Position numbers and translations under genes: made by a program. Shown in pieces: positions 1-20,251 of a stretch of DNA of 64,000 nt; position 1 is the first letter of the stretch; every line of letters begins with the position of its first letter. This DNA is from the human T2T-CHM13v2.0 reference genome, Homo sapiens: assembly GCF_009914755.1 (NCBI RefSeq), contig NC_060938.1; one strand, 5' to 3'. Below the pieces are notes generated by a model. The model was not told the origin of the DNA, did no database searches, and saw only the letters and a program-made list of their open reading frames with translations.

Positions 1-3978
<3,978 letters not shown>

Positions 3979-4726
3979 CTTGGTTTTTCCCTACTATACA
4001 TGCCCATGCATGATGCTATGCCAAACCACATGCTAGCCTCCAGGAGAGGGTACTATGAAGACCTTCAATATTACCTCATTAAAGAAAAATCATAAAGAAC
4101 AAAACACTGACTCCAAATGAATGCCATGGACTTTCTAAAACATATTTTCTCCTATTTAAGTGAGTGTTAAGAAAAAAATAGTGCAAATTTTACTATTACA
4201 TTAATATGTCTCTTAACAAAGTTTATTAACATATGAAGGAAATATGTCACTAGAAATAATTTTTAAGCATATCTGCAAATATGTCTTTTCACAGAAATAT
4301 TTTCTTCTCCCTGTGTTCTTGCACCTCCTTTTTTTTTCCTAGTTCATGAGCTTCCTGTAATCCACCCTAGGAAAATCTAATTTCAAAGCTTTACTTCCTA
4401 AAAATAATAAAAACAGGAAATCAGCAGCTGTTCAATTCTCCTGAGTTAATTTTCCAACTATTCCTTCAATATGACACTTAAATCTTATTACAATATTCCT
4501 CCAAACATTATATTTCCTGCAGTGAATAATATACATAAGAAATTCTAATGCACAAAGAGAAAGGCAGAAATGAAAAACAGCTTATTGATACAGAAGATGG
4601 ATATTTTGGTAGTAGCATCACATAGAGTTTCTCATCAGCAGTGAACATCTGCTTCCATTCATTATGATTTTATTTTGCAAATTCCAGTGGCCATATGACA
4701 GCATTGCCATATATTGGAAATGCAAG

Positions 4727-5733
4727 AGTAGGAGCAGAAAGGGGGTGATCTTTTTTTCCCCCATCATAAGGGGCGTGGCACTCCTATAACAAAAGACAGG
4801 TTAACAATAAAAAGGCACAATATATATTTTTAAAACAAAGTTCTACATGACATGGGAGCCCTCAGAATAAAGACCCAAAGATACAGGAAAAGCTATCTAT
4901 TTTTATGCCTAGGTTCAATGAAGAATGGACAAGTGGGCAGACTTGTGATTGGACAAGAAGGGCACGCCCTAACGGAAACAGGCTGAGTGGTGAAACCCAG
5001 CAATGCTGTCTGTTGAGATTCTTCTTGGCCTCTCTATGCAGTATTTTCTTTCTCCCTGTATAAGGCATGACCCTATCTGGAATACAGGAATGGGGGTGTT
5101 ATGGCCTACTATCAAACAAAGTAGGCCGGAAAATTTATTTATGGCCAGTTCTTACCCAAAAAGGCAGAGGTGGGTTAGAGCAACATTTTTAGGTTTTAAG
5201 GCTCACTTTGAGGGAGGGGATGCTGGTTTCTATAATTAGCTTTAGGGAAGAAGCATGCTTGTTTCTAAGACCTGTGCGGAGGAAAGTAAGGGGTAAAAGA
5301 AAGGAGAGCAGGAGAAGGTCAGAAAGAAACTGGGTTTTGTTACTGTTGTGTTTTGTTGTTGTTGTTGTTTTAGAGCTTTTTTGAGACAGAGTCTTGCTCT
5401 GTTGTCCAGGCGGGAGTGCAGTGGCGCAATCTCAGCTCACTGAAACCTCCACCTCCTGGGTTCAAGTGATTCTCCTGCCTCAGCCACCTGAGTAGCTGGT
5501 ATTACAGGTATGTGCCATCACGCCCACTAATTTTTGTTTTCTTAATAGAGATTGGGTTTTGCCATATTCGCCAGGCTGGTCTCAAACTCCTGACTTCAAG
5601 TGATCCACCCACCTCAACCAACCAAAGTGCTGGGATTACAGGGTTGAGCCACCACATCCAGCCCAAAAGAAACTGTGTTTTTAGGCTGCTTCTGAGTCCT
5701 TCACTTTGGGGTACTGTTTTCTAAGTCTCAACA
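4727..5733 (-). mobile_element. ERV1-class solo LTR (MER31-like), interrupted by an Alu
   Basis: Minus strand starts TGTTGAGACTTAGAAAACAGTACCCCAAAGTGAAGGACTCAGAAGCAGCC and resumes after the Alu with TTTCTGACCTTCTCCTGC. Left boundary approximate. Confidence 0.7.
5339..5663 (-). mobile_element. AluS (Sx/Sz-like), full length, tail decayed to (GTT)n
   Basis: Dimeric Alu. Target-site duplication (TSD) AAAGAAACTG(G/T)GTTTT at 5323-5338 and 5666-5681. Confidence 0.93.
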
Positions 5734-5940
5734 TAAATGTTCAAGAAAAATTCTGTAATACTTTCTATAAAAATACAGTACCACTACCCTATTCACAGTT
5801 TCACTTTGTGCAGTTTCAGTTATCTGTGGTCAACTGCAATCCAAAAATATTGAATGAAAAATACCGGAAATAAGTAATTCATAAATTATAAATTGTGTGC
5901 CATTCTGAGTATTGTAATAAAATCTCACACCATCCAACTC

Positions 5941-6022
5941 TGAGTCATCCGTTTGTTTGGTGTATGCATGAGTCACCCCTTTGGTGTATGCATGAGTCAC
6001 CTCTTTGTCTGGTGTATGCATG
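5941..6022 (+). repeat. Three tandem 24-28 bp units, each starting with TGAGTCA
   Basis: TGAGTCATCCGTTTGTTTGGTGTATGCA / TGAGTCACCCCTTTGGTGTATGCA / TGAGTCACCTCTTTGTCTGGTGTATGCA. Confidence 0.95.
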
Positions 6023-6217
6023 CTGAACACGCACTGCCCACACGTTAGTCACTTGGTGGACCTCTCAGTTATCAGATTGACTGTTGGGGTATTACAGTGT
6101 TTGTATTCAAGAACCCTTATTTTACTTAATAATAGCCCCAAAGCACAAGAATAGTGATCCTGGCATATTGTTTTAATTGTTCCATTTTATTACTAGTTAT
6201 TGTTGTAAATCTCTTAC

Positions 6218-6562
6218 TGTTGCAGGACTTTCTCCTTAGTTCATCTAAACGTGGAGTCCTTGTCACACAGCCATGAAATATTAGGCTCGCAGACAGTTTG
6301 AAGGGTAAGAAAAATGATATTTATTGTGTAAAAGCAAAAGAGGGGTGGGGGAAAACAGGCAGAGTCTGCAAAGCCAGAGTCCTGCTAGTGCCCTTCCCGC
6401 CTCTCAGACTGAATCCCAAGTACCACCCAAGAAGAAGAGGGGCCAGGCTCCTCCCCACTGTAAATGGCGCAAACTTCCCAAGGCTCCACCAGTGTACAGT
6501 CCTCCCAGTGTGCAGGTTGGTTGGAGGTTCTACCAGGGAGCCCTTCTCACCTGGCTGTCTCA
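6218..6562 (-). mobile_element. MER61-family ERV1 solo LTR
   Basis: TG...CA ends, minus strand starts TGAGACAGCCAGGTG. Perfect 4-bp TSD TTAC at 6214-6217 and 6563-6566, and MER44B rejoins across it. Confidence 0.85.
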
Positions 6563-7348
6563 TTACTGTGCCTATCTTGTAAATTAAGCTTTATCACAGG
6601 TACATATGTGTAGGGAAAAAACATAGTGTACATATTATTTGGTACTATCCTTTGTTTCAGAAAGCCACTGGGAGTCTCAGTCCTGTGGATAAGGGGGGAC
6701 TACTGTAAAAGTCAAGAAATAATTTAAAATATTATATGTTAAAAACAAACAATAAATGAACAATAGGGGCCCAGATTTAAGTACAACACCATTGTATATG
6801 ATACATGATTTCCTTACAATAAACTTGATTACCCAGTATTTTATTTAATGATAGAATAGCAAATAATTAGTAAAATAATTTTAGCTTCTGAGAGGATATA
6901 AAACTATCTAAGTTTATTCCATTCACAAAAAGTAAAATTAATACAAGAAAGAATCTTATATTTCCTAAAAGGGTTTCCAAAGTTATATCTTCTATGTCTG
7001 AAACAATGTTGGGCATTACTTAAGGAACTTACTTGATAACTATGTATTTTTAAATCTGAAACAATTTACCTGAAGTGGTTACATAATATTGACTGTCAAT
7101 TTTTTGAAGATTTTGTTTAATACTTTATTGCAGAGTACGTTGGTAGTACCATAGAAGATCAGATAATATAAATTACTCATTTTTCAATGATTCTATCAGA
7201 GAATATTAAATCCGGATCTTCCCACATTCTCCCTACCTGTACCTCCCATTACAGTCAATCCACAGTAGTCACTATTCACCTAACACCTCCCATGTGTTTC
7301 TATCTCTGTTCCCTGTTTCACGTGATTTCTCTCTGGCTTAAATGTTCC

Positions 7349-7936
7349 TGTTATGGTTTGAATGGATATGTCCCTCCAAAATTCATATGCTGGAACCTAA
7401 TACTCTTTTAGGAAGTGATTAAGTACAAATGTTCCATTCTCATAAATAAGGTTAGTGCCTTTATAAAAGAATTTGAAACGAATGCCCTAGTCCCTCTTCT
7501 CTTTTTGCCCTTTCTGCTATATAAGGACACAGTATTTATTCCCTCCAGAGGATGCAGCAATAAGGCACCATCTTGGAAGCAGTGTCCTCATGGTTGGCCA
7601 TGGCTGCAGCATGACCATTTCACCTTCAGCTCATATCCACATTACAGGCCGGAAGAGGGGGCAAGGGCTGAGAAGTGTGTTCACCATGTGTGCCCCTTTT
7701 CAAAACATTCTTCTGGGGGCCCACTGGGCAAATTTGTCTTCCTTATCATTGGTCATACTGGATCACGTGGCCACTCCTGGCCACAAGGCAGTCTAGGGGA
7801 GACTTACCAGATGCTGAATCTGCTGTCGCCTTGATCTTGGACTTCCCAACCTCCAGAACTATGAAAAATAACTTGTATTACTTATAAATTATCCAGTCTC
7901 TGGTATTTTCTTTAGCAGAACAAATAAACTAAGATA
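7349..7936 (+). mobile_element. MSTD-like MaLR solo LTR with a foreign insert of about 220 bp
   Basis: TGTTATGGTTTGAATG start; CCCTCCAGAGGATGCAGCAATAAGGCACCATCTTGGAAGCAG; CTTGATCTTGGACTTCCCAACCTCCAGAAC; AAACTAAGATA end. TSD GTTCC/GTTTC. Confidence 0.82.
7583..7802 (-). mobile_element. Internal fragment of an old MLT1J/K-type LTR
   Basis: GTCCTCATGGTTGGCCATGGCTGC and ATTGGTCATACTGGATCACGTGGCCACTCCTGGCCACAAGGCAGTCTAGGG resemble MLT1J/K hallmark motifs. No LTR termini. Confidence 0.65.
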
Positions 7937-8006
7937 GTTTCCTATCTCTTTTATGACTGTTGAAAGTCTTCTCTGTCATCTAAAGACATCTCAATAATCA
8001 CTTTAA

Positions 8007-8364
<358 letters not shown>

Positions 8365-10080
8365 TATAATCCTTCTCTTGTTGGAACTTTCACATCACTT
8401 GAAATTTTTTAAGGCACTTATATGTTTACGTTCAAATTGTGCTATGGTTCATTGTGCATCATTCTTATATCCATTCCCCATTACATTCATTACAGATTTG
8501 CCCTGTTACTCAACATTTAATCTTCTCTGTATAGACTATGTGCCTTCTTCTGGAGCAAGAAAGAGAATATAGCATTCTCCTATCCTCATGAAATTTATCT
8601 TAAAGCATGACCCATTCATTTTCCTTACCCTTCATATCTTGCACAGTATTTTACATATTTTGGTCATAAAAGTACTTGTAGTTATTTGGTCATACACAAG
8701 GAAGTGATATTGTATATATTTTTGTCATATAAATATTTGTAATATTTGGAATTAATTTATTATAATGAGTATCAATAACATACAAAAATAATAAATATTG
8801 ATAATTTTGTATGCTATGCAAAACTATTCATACATGATAAGAAGTCAATGCTTCCTCTAAAAACTGATACAGTAAAAGCAATTACTTATTTCCTTAATTT
8901 GGGATGCTACCTAACATAAAGAAAAATGAAATATTACAGAGGCTTATTTAAAAAAATAGTTTTTACATGAATGTCCCATCCTAGAGGCAAGATCAAACTT
9001 AATTAACATCAGTAGAGATTCCTTAAACACATCAAATTTTATAAAGCACCTTCTGGGTGACGTTATCTGCTATTACACAAAACAGAAGGGGAGTAAACTA
9101 AATTCAAGTCTAATCATAGAAGCACCAGCAATTAAAACTGTTTTCAAATAATTTACAAATACATGTACTGCATAAATTCATTTTTGCACACAATACACAG
9201 CATTAGAATTATAAGAAAGACAAAGTGTGTGGCAAAGTTAGAGGATAATTGCAATTGTTTGTGACAATTGCAATTGTTGTATGCAAATTTCTCTATATAA
9301 CTTGCATATGATCATATACATGGGATTTATTTCAGCAGTCTCCTAAAAAATCAAGTTTACTTCTTTTTCTTTTGGCAATTAGATTATCTCCCATGTGTAG
9401 GCCAAAGAAATCATGAATATTAATAGATAGGTGTGTCCAAAAAATTGCTTCACCAATGTGATGAAAGATACTTTTGCATTTGCATCCATACAGGCCATTA
9501 TTTCCCCACTAAACAGAAAGATGAAAATAATATCAAGTTTCTTATATATCATTATTATCATCATCACCATCAGCATCAAGCTATTGAGAAAATATTTTTA
9601 AGGTTCTTTACATTTCCTGAATAAAACTTATAAAGAGATATTTCTACCCTATAATTTGAATGTACCTCTCAGTCAAATCTTAGGATCTTTTGCTCAAACT
9701 GCAGCTATGTTTATATCAGGTAGTAACAGAAATCCACCCTCTCACCAAGAAAAACACATGTTTCTACGTACAACTGCCACTTGGTTATAGACAAAGTGTT
9801 AGCCATAATCCACTGTTTTAAACTAACATATGTAAATAAATGGAAAGATAGTAAGCGACTGTACTGATTTATTGAAATTTTATTTTTTGTAGAATAGTGT
9901 TTCCATAAATAAAACTAGAAACTAGAACAGCATTTTTCAAACCAAATAAATTCTACTACCCATTACACAAAAACAAAGAATTACTAGGAAAGGTCTATTC
10001 ACTATATTTTCAATGAAAAGGATTGTCCTGAAAATCATATCCAGGAGTTTCTGGTACACAATAGATTAGAGTCTGTTCAG

Positions 10081-10082
<2 letters not shown>

Positions 10083-10121
<39 letters not shown>

Positions 10122-10138
10122 TGGGTGTGTGGGTGTGT
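10083..10138. repeat. (TG)19 microsatellite with degenerate tail
   Basis: Pure TG run at 10083-10120, then interrupted TG. Confidence 0.98.
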
Positions 10139-10270
10139 ACCACTCATGCACAAACATGGTGACAAAGTATCTTTTACCTTTTCCTGCTACTGATTAGTCT
10201 TATGTTGGATGATTTTGCCCTGACATGGTTCCTCTAATAGTGCTATAGATCTTGCTACAAAGTTTTGAAT

Positions 10271-10359
10271 CAGGATTAGCACATATTTTCTGGAAAGACC
10301 CAGATAGTAAATATTTTAGGATTTGTGGGCCATTTATGTTATCTGTTGTATATTCTTCC
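10271..10359. mobile_element. MER58C-like hAT-Charlie MITE, left part
   Basis: CAGGATTAGCACATATTTTCTGGAAAGACCCAGATAGTAAATATTTTAGGATTTGTGGGCCA. Pairs with 14113-14202; degenerate 8-bp TSD TTTTGAAT/CTTTCAAT. Confidence 0.8.
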
Positions 10360-10360
10360 A

Positions 10361-14112
<3,752 letters not shown>

Positions 14113-14202
14113 CAAAATGTAAAAAACATCCTTAGCTCCTGGGACTTTTAAAAACAGGACACAGACTAAATTTGATCCATGGGCATAGTTTGCCAACCCC
14201 TG
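14113..14202. mobile_element. MER58C-like MITE, right part
   Basis: AAAATGTAAAAAACATCCTTAGCTC...GGGCATAGTTTGCCAACCCCTG terminal inverted repeat. Confidence 0.8.
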
Positions 14203-14451
14203 CTTTCAATTATCAATAGCCATGTTGCAAGTTATTTAGTAGGTTTCAGTAAATGTTTACCAAATACAAAACCTCAGTTCTTAGGGTTTGGAAATGGAAT
14301 GTAATCAGTATACTTGGTGTTGCCTTAGGAGGAGCTTCCAAATTCTGCTTCTTACGTGAGCTCCACTTTAGATGGTACTTATCCCATCACTTTTGAGCTG
14401 CTCCACTCTGCTCAAAAAGTTCAAACCATGGAGATTTTAAAAGTTCACTAG

Positions 14452-14553
14452 CTCTCTGCTCTCTCTCTCTCTCTCTCTCTCTCTTCCCCCCCCCCCATCT
14501 CTACCTCTCTCTCTCTCACATACACAATGCACACATACACAAAACACAAGCAC
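14452..14553. repeat. Compound (CT)13, C11, (CT)n and CA-like simple repeat
   Basis: Seen directly. Confidence 0.95.
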
Positions 14554-14744
14554 ACCCTTTTCTGCATCAGATAGATACAAAGCAGCTGAATGGAGATTTT
14601 CTTCTACACCTGAGGAAAAAGAACATTCTTAATTTGGTTACACTTTTAAGCTATGTCTTTCTAAGTGTATCACTCCTGCCTGAAGGCAATCTATCTTATT
14701 TGCTTTCTTCTGTTCAGATTTCTTGGATAGCTATGAATTTTTCT

Positions 14745-15850
14745 ACTTAATCCAATAAATATTTATCAAGCACCTAATATGACCACAGTAAGCTTCCCAA
14801 TTTTAATGTGGATACAAGTCATCCTAGGATATGGTTAAAGTGCAGACTTTGATTCATCGGGTTTGAGTTGAGGTCTGAGACTCCACATGTCTAAGGAGTG
14901 CTACGTGATGCTGATGCTGAGGATTTTGTCAACCATATTTTGAGAAGCAAGATAGTGAAGAATGCATGTGAGTATAGGGTTAGTTACAATCCAGTAGTGG
15001 TGAGTACTATTTGAGGAAAATCTACTTTGGAAGCAAATAAACTTGAACAGAATACAGATGTTAAAATTCAGGAAAAAATTCCTAGAGGGTATATGAACAA
15101 AACAGCCCCTTAGGGAGAGGAAGGGTTATGCAGATTAAGCACGCAAGGAAAGGAGAAATGGGAAGAAAGCTGGAATTCCTGGCAGAAGGGGATACTGCAA
15201 AGCAGATGTTAAGTGGCTATTAGAAAAATGTATGAAACACCAGGACAGTGGGTAATCTAGAAGATAAAGAAAGGAGTATTTAAAGACAGAATGAACAACA
15301 GTAGTTCAGTTTAGAAATGAGTTTTATAGTGTCTGTTAGATTTAACAGCAAAGACGTATTTGGTGATATAGTGAAAATAATTTTAGTAGTTACATGGATG
15401 AAAAAGGCAGAGTATAGCAAGTTGAAGAATGTTTGGGAGTAAGGAAAGTAGGGCCTGTTATTTTGTGCGTTTTTGATGTAAGATATTTCAGTCTGTTTAA
15501 ATCCGTTTGGAAAGAAGGAAGTAGGGAGAAATTGAAGACACAAGGAAGGGGGGAAATAATCAGTGCAATATGCACCCTGAGAAAGAAAGAGATGAAATCT
15601 GGAGCCAAACTGGGAAGATTATCTCAGGAAGTTCCTAGGTATAGTTCATTGTAACAGAAGGGAAGAAATAAAAAATGAAAGACTTAGCCAAGTCTGTATG
15701 TTTGTTGGTAGAAAGTTGGAGGGTTTCCTACCTGTGCTTCCTATGATCACTGGAAATTAAGAAGTACATTTATATTCTGAGGGAAAAGACAATAAGACCA
15801 GGAGTTTCTAAAACATGAAAAAGGTTGTCCATATGGAAAATGGAAAAGAA
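14745..15850 (-). mobile_element. Degraded L2 LINE, interrupted by MER5A
   Basis: CAATAAATATTTATCAAGCACCTAATATG resembles the L2 3' end, followed by a purine-rich L2-like body. Boundaries approximate. Confidence 0.55.
14786..14952. mobile_element. MER5A-like hAT MITE
   Basis: GGTTAAAGTGCAGACTTTGATTCA...GGTCTGAGACTCCACATGTCTAAG...GTGATGCTGATGCTG...TTTGAGAAGCAAG. Confidence 0.7.
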
Positions 15851-16779
15851 ATGTAGCTGACAGAACAGTGAAGGATTTATTTCATGAGTATGCATCCCGA
15901 CTGTTTTGTGTTTTTATGATAGAAGAGACCATGGATTGACGGTGATAGCCATCTTAGACTCTTTCCACACTAGCAGGAATCATGTCTCCCTTCGCCAAGA
16001 CAGAACTTCTAAGCTCAGCCAGGTCCTAGTTTTCTGGATGAATTTCATCCCACCTCCCCTGTTTTAAGTCCCAAGCCTGTTTTTTGGGACTGGACTCTCA
16101 GGTTATTGGTACAGATCTATCGTTAATTCAGAGATATTCAAAGATATACTCCATGAGACTTATTTTCTGTGTCCTCTCACTTCCCTATGGTTACTCAATT
16201 CCCTACACACACACACTTATTTGTCTAGGCTCAAAACTCTCCATTTACGTATCTTGCTTACAGTTCTTACAAACAGGGCTGCACTAAATGTCTCCTAGAG
16301 GAATTTCTAACAGTCATACACCTAAAGATATTAAATATTCCCAAATGTCCTTGACACTTTGATAAGGTCCTACTTCTCCTTATGTGCAGAATCCACATAT
16401 TTCCATTTATTCACTGATGATTGATTAGTGCAGTCTCTAACCATCACCCCCAACTTTAGAAGAATTACAGAAAATCTTATTTTCTTTATAATATCCATCT
16501 TTGATTCAAGACCAAGTTTGACAAAGATTTAATAAAATCAGTCAAAGATATATGAGTGACCTCTCTTTCTGAGTAAAAATCTGCAGCTTGATTCCTATTC
16601 ACAAATGCTGTTATAAGGCTTTACATAGGATAAAGAATTTCTAGTAGAGAATCATCTGGAAGAAATTAATTGATGGAATAATCATATTTCCTCTCCCTGT
16701 ATTAGTGGAAAGAAGTATGGTAGGGCAAAGGGAGTGAGGTGGGGTGTTCAATACAATTTAACATCCAAACTGTTTTAGG

Positions 16780-16950
16780 AAAGCAATATGATATATCTGT
16801 TATGAATGTGGTTTCTGGTGGCATCACCCTGACTGATTCTATGATTTAGGCAAATTAACCTAAGCCTCAGTTTGGTCCTCTGTAAAGTGAGAATATTAAT
16901 AATGCCTACCTCATATGGGTTGTTGCCAGGACTAAATGGCACATTCTATA
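16780..16950 (+). mobile_element. MIR SINE
   Basis: Core GGCAAATTAACCTAAGCCTCAGTTTGGTCCTCTGTAAAGTGAGAATATTAATAATGCCTACCTCATATGGGTTGTTG. Confidence 0.8.
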
Positions 16951-17754
16951 TACAGCAGCCTGGAATCAGTCTGCCCTGGTGTAGATGTGTATTTTATCAA
17001 TGATATTTATAATTTCCCAAGCACTTGGTGATAAGATAACAGACTGACTTTAACTTTATTCTATAATTAGTTTTAAACTCTCTACAAACAAATCACTACC
17101 CTGTTGCTTGCCTCCTGGGGAAGACTACTCTGTTATATTTTAATAAAATGGGTTGTTGTTATATTTTAACAAAATGCATATCAAATTCTGAAGTTACATT
17201 TATCAAAGAATTAAGATAATAAATAAGGTTAATGACATCACATTTTAAGTATACATTTGTGAAAATTTACTATGTTTTATATTGTTAATTTACTTTACTT
17301 AATATTGAGTTGACTTAGGCCAGAAAAAAATGTGCTACATTACAGTGGAATTGAGAGTGCTGATATCCTGCAGTAGAGTTATGCGCTAATTTCTTGAAGA
17401 CCCAGTTAACTCATCAATATGGATCAGCTTCAATGCTACCTGTTAGCAATTAAAATCCCCTCACATTTTACAAAAGTTCCATAAAATTTCTGGACACTTC
17501 TTTTTTCTCCATATATATTTCACATCTAGGCATTTCCTGAGTTCTAGGACACATAGATATCCAAAGCAAACAGTAAACCCAGGCACAAGCTTCTCATTTC
17601 TACTCTTTTTGCCCAGCAAAGGAAGACAGAGCATCCCCCTTCAGAATATGAAATCATGATTCAGGATGTGTTGAGTCCTAACCCTTTGCTTCCCAAGATG
17701 GGCTTCCGCACACAGTAAAACATGCTTAAACCAAACCTGAAAGGAAATCCATCT

Positions 17755-17925
17755 ATTTCTCTCTCCCTCTCCCCTCCAAGTCCCCTGCAACCCTTCCCTT
17801 CCTTCCTTTCTCTCTTCTTCCTTCTCCCTTCCTCCCTTTCCTCCCTTTCTTTCTTCCTCTCTCCTCATTTTCTCTTCTTCTTCTTCCCCATCCCTCCCTC
17901 TTTCCATTTCTCTCATTTCATTCAT
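17755..17925 (+). repeat. CT-rich polypyrimidine low-complexity tract
   Basis: About 170 bp almost entirely C/T. Confidence 0.9.
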
Positions 17926-19437
17926 ACACATACTCACACATACCCATTGCTTCTGCTAAAAATAAATTTTTCTAGCAAACCTCCAAGTTTAACACCTAAA
18001 ACATGAGAATGTTTCTCTAAAGTAACTTGTAGATAGCTGTGCTTTGCTTTACATTTTTTAACATGTGTTTTCCTGACCTATGTATTGTTTTGGAAATCTA
18101 TAATTAGTAAAACATAAACCTACTATTTTTATTTTCCATCTGCCAGATGCCAAGTTGTCTCTAGAGTCCCTCAAAGAACAGAATCCAACATGGCTCTTTT
18201 CATTTGCATTCTTGTTTACAAGAGTGGGTGACAATGACAGCTGAAATAAATAGCCACAGCTTAGAGAAAATGATTTTGTTTCTTAATTGTTAGTGGGCTG
18301 TGATCAGGAAAAGCCCAGGAATGAAACAGAAGCCAGCTTCAAAAAAATGATGATTCTTTTCATTTTTAATTCTATTTCTTTTAATTTTTCTGAATCTACT
18401 CTTCTTTTAATTTTTCAGAATCAACTATGATGAATTTTAACAGTATTATCTTTAATTACTGAAGCAACTTCACCTGAACTTAGGCTATTCTTAGGCTATC
18501 ATTGAGATCACTCTGAAGTTGAATAGATTCTTCCAACAATTAGCACTGTTTTTAGTAAAGAAGGTAGTCAAAAAGGATAACTTGAAAAAATATGTTCTTT
18601 ATAAGAGTTATTAATGGGACAAGGATGTAACTTTGAAATACATAGAGAGGTGATGGGAATTTAAGAAAGAAATGACGTAATTTTTGAATTTGGTAAGCCT
18701 ATATAGTACAGTGAGTTGGCTAACAATTGAATTTCTCTATCTACCCCACCTACCTGGAATGCCCTTCTACTTATCACTTAGGACAAGAATATTATGAAGA
18801 AAAATAAATTATTTTAAAAACCAATTCCATCAGTCAAAGACAATATTATTAGAGTCCTAATCTAATGTATTCTCTGGTTAAAATAATTCTGCCTTCTACC
18901 TGTCCTAATCCTTTTAGATGGGCTGCTGGGTGGCAGCAAGGGGTGGGAAAATAATCGAGACAAGTCATCACAAATAATAACATAAGCCATTCCCAAAAGC
19001 CACCACCTTCCTGTGGTGGTTTCTTCAGAAGCCTCCAGGTATGCAATACCCAAAAATTAATGAACTCACACATTCAATACAATGTCTTTTATTTATAAGG
19101 TGTTTTTATTTATATACCAATCTTCTATTATTCATGTATAGCCCTTGTACCTCATTCTTTTCTCACAATAAAAGGTCCTTCCACACTCCCCCTTTAACTA
19201 TCCTCTAATGTGTGAGCCAGTTGGAACATTAGTTACTCCACCCCTAATTACAACTTACATTATTTGCTTATAAATTGGCTCATTATAATATCATAAACAG
19301 GAGAAGGAAATCCCACATCTGGGGTAAAGAGCAAAGTTCCCCAAGTCAATCTCAGGTAGCCTGTTTCTTCATTTGGTTAAGCTCCCACCATGCTCTTGGA
19401 TTTCTTCATTCTTATAATGGCAAGTTTACAACACTAC

Positions 19438-19750
19438 ACATTCAAGAAATATTTATTGAATGCTCACTAGGATCAGGCACTGTTGCAGATTCTTTGGATA
19501 CTGCATTGATCAAGAGAGTAAAAACTATGACATCCCTTAAGAAGCTTGCATTCTTTTGGAAGAAGACAGATACCAAATACCAAAAATAATAAATGAGGAA
19601 ATTATTTAGTATGATAGAAGTAATAAATGCTATAAAAGATAAAAAGCATGCATTGGTAAGGTGGATAAAAAAGAGATGGAATGGCAGAGCATTTGCATTT
19701 CACAAGAAGATTCTGATCAGTATTCACCAAAAAAAATGACATTAGAAGGA
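19438..19750 (-). mobile_element. L2 3' fragment
   Basis: CATTCAAGAAATATTTATTGAATGCTCACTAGGATCAGGCACTGTTGCAG. Confidence 0.75.
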
Positions 19751-19828
19751 AGGTATGTCCTATGTTTACCCCTAGTCTTTACTATTGCTCATAATGGTAC
19801 ACCTCAAAAATCACCAAATAAACATGTA

Positions 19829-20251
19829 CAAATGCTCTTTGACTTACAATGGGGTTATGTGCCAATAAGTCTATTGTAAATTGAAAATATCATAAATCAA
19901 AAATGTGTTTAATACACTAACCTGTCAAACATCAGACTTTAGCTTAGCCTACCTTAAATGCGCTTAAAACACTTACATTAGCCTACAGTTGGGCAAAATC
20001 ATCTGGCAACACAGTACACTTCAGAGTATAATTTGTTTGCCCTCGTGATCAATCACTGACTAACTGGGACCTGCAACTCGGCTTGCTATCCAACATTGCA
20101 AAACAGTGTCCTACCACATATTGCTGGCCCAGAAAAAGATCAAAAAGATTTTAAAAAGTATGGTTTCTACTGAATGTGTATCACTCTTGTACCATCATAA
20201 AGTTGAAAATTGTAAATCAAACTGTTGTAAGTCGTAAGTGGGGATTGTCTG
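19829..20251. mobile_element. MER47B-like Tigger-derived DNA transposon
   Basis: TA-CAAATGCTCTTTGACTTACAATGGGGTTATG ... GTCGTAAGTGGGGATTGTCTG-TA, with TA TSDs. Confidence 0.85.

Larger units (their letters stand above)
5776..6705. mobile_element. MER44B (TcMar-Tigger non-autonomous DNA transposon), split by a MER61 LTR
   Basis: TA-CAGTA start and GATAAGGGGGGACTACTG-TA end, with TA TSDs. Internal AACCCTTATTTTACTTAATAATAGCCCCAAAGCACAAG matches MER44. Confidence 0.88.

Noticed and set aside
5941-6022. CRISPR-like repeat array
   Set aside because: Eukaryotic context and no unique spacers; a simple tandem duplication within MER44B.
17641-18006. E/R/G-rich and S/F/L-rich ORFs
   Set aside because: Artefacts of the CT-rich low-complexity tract.
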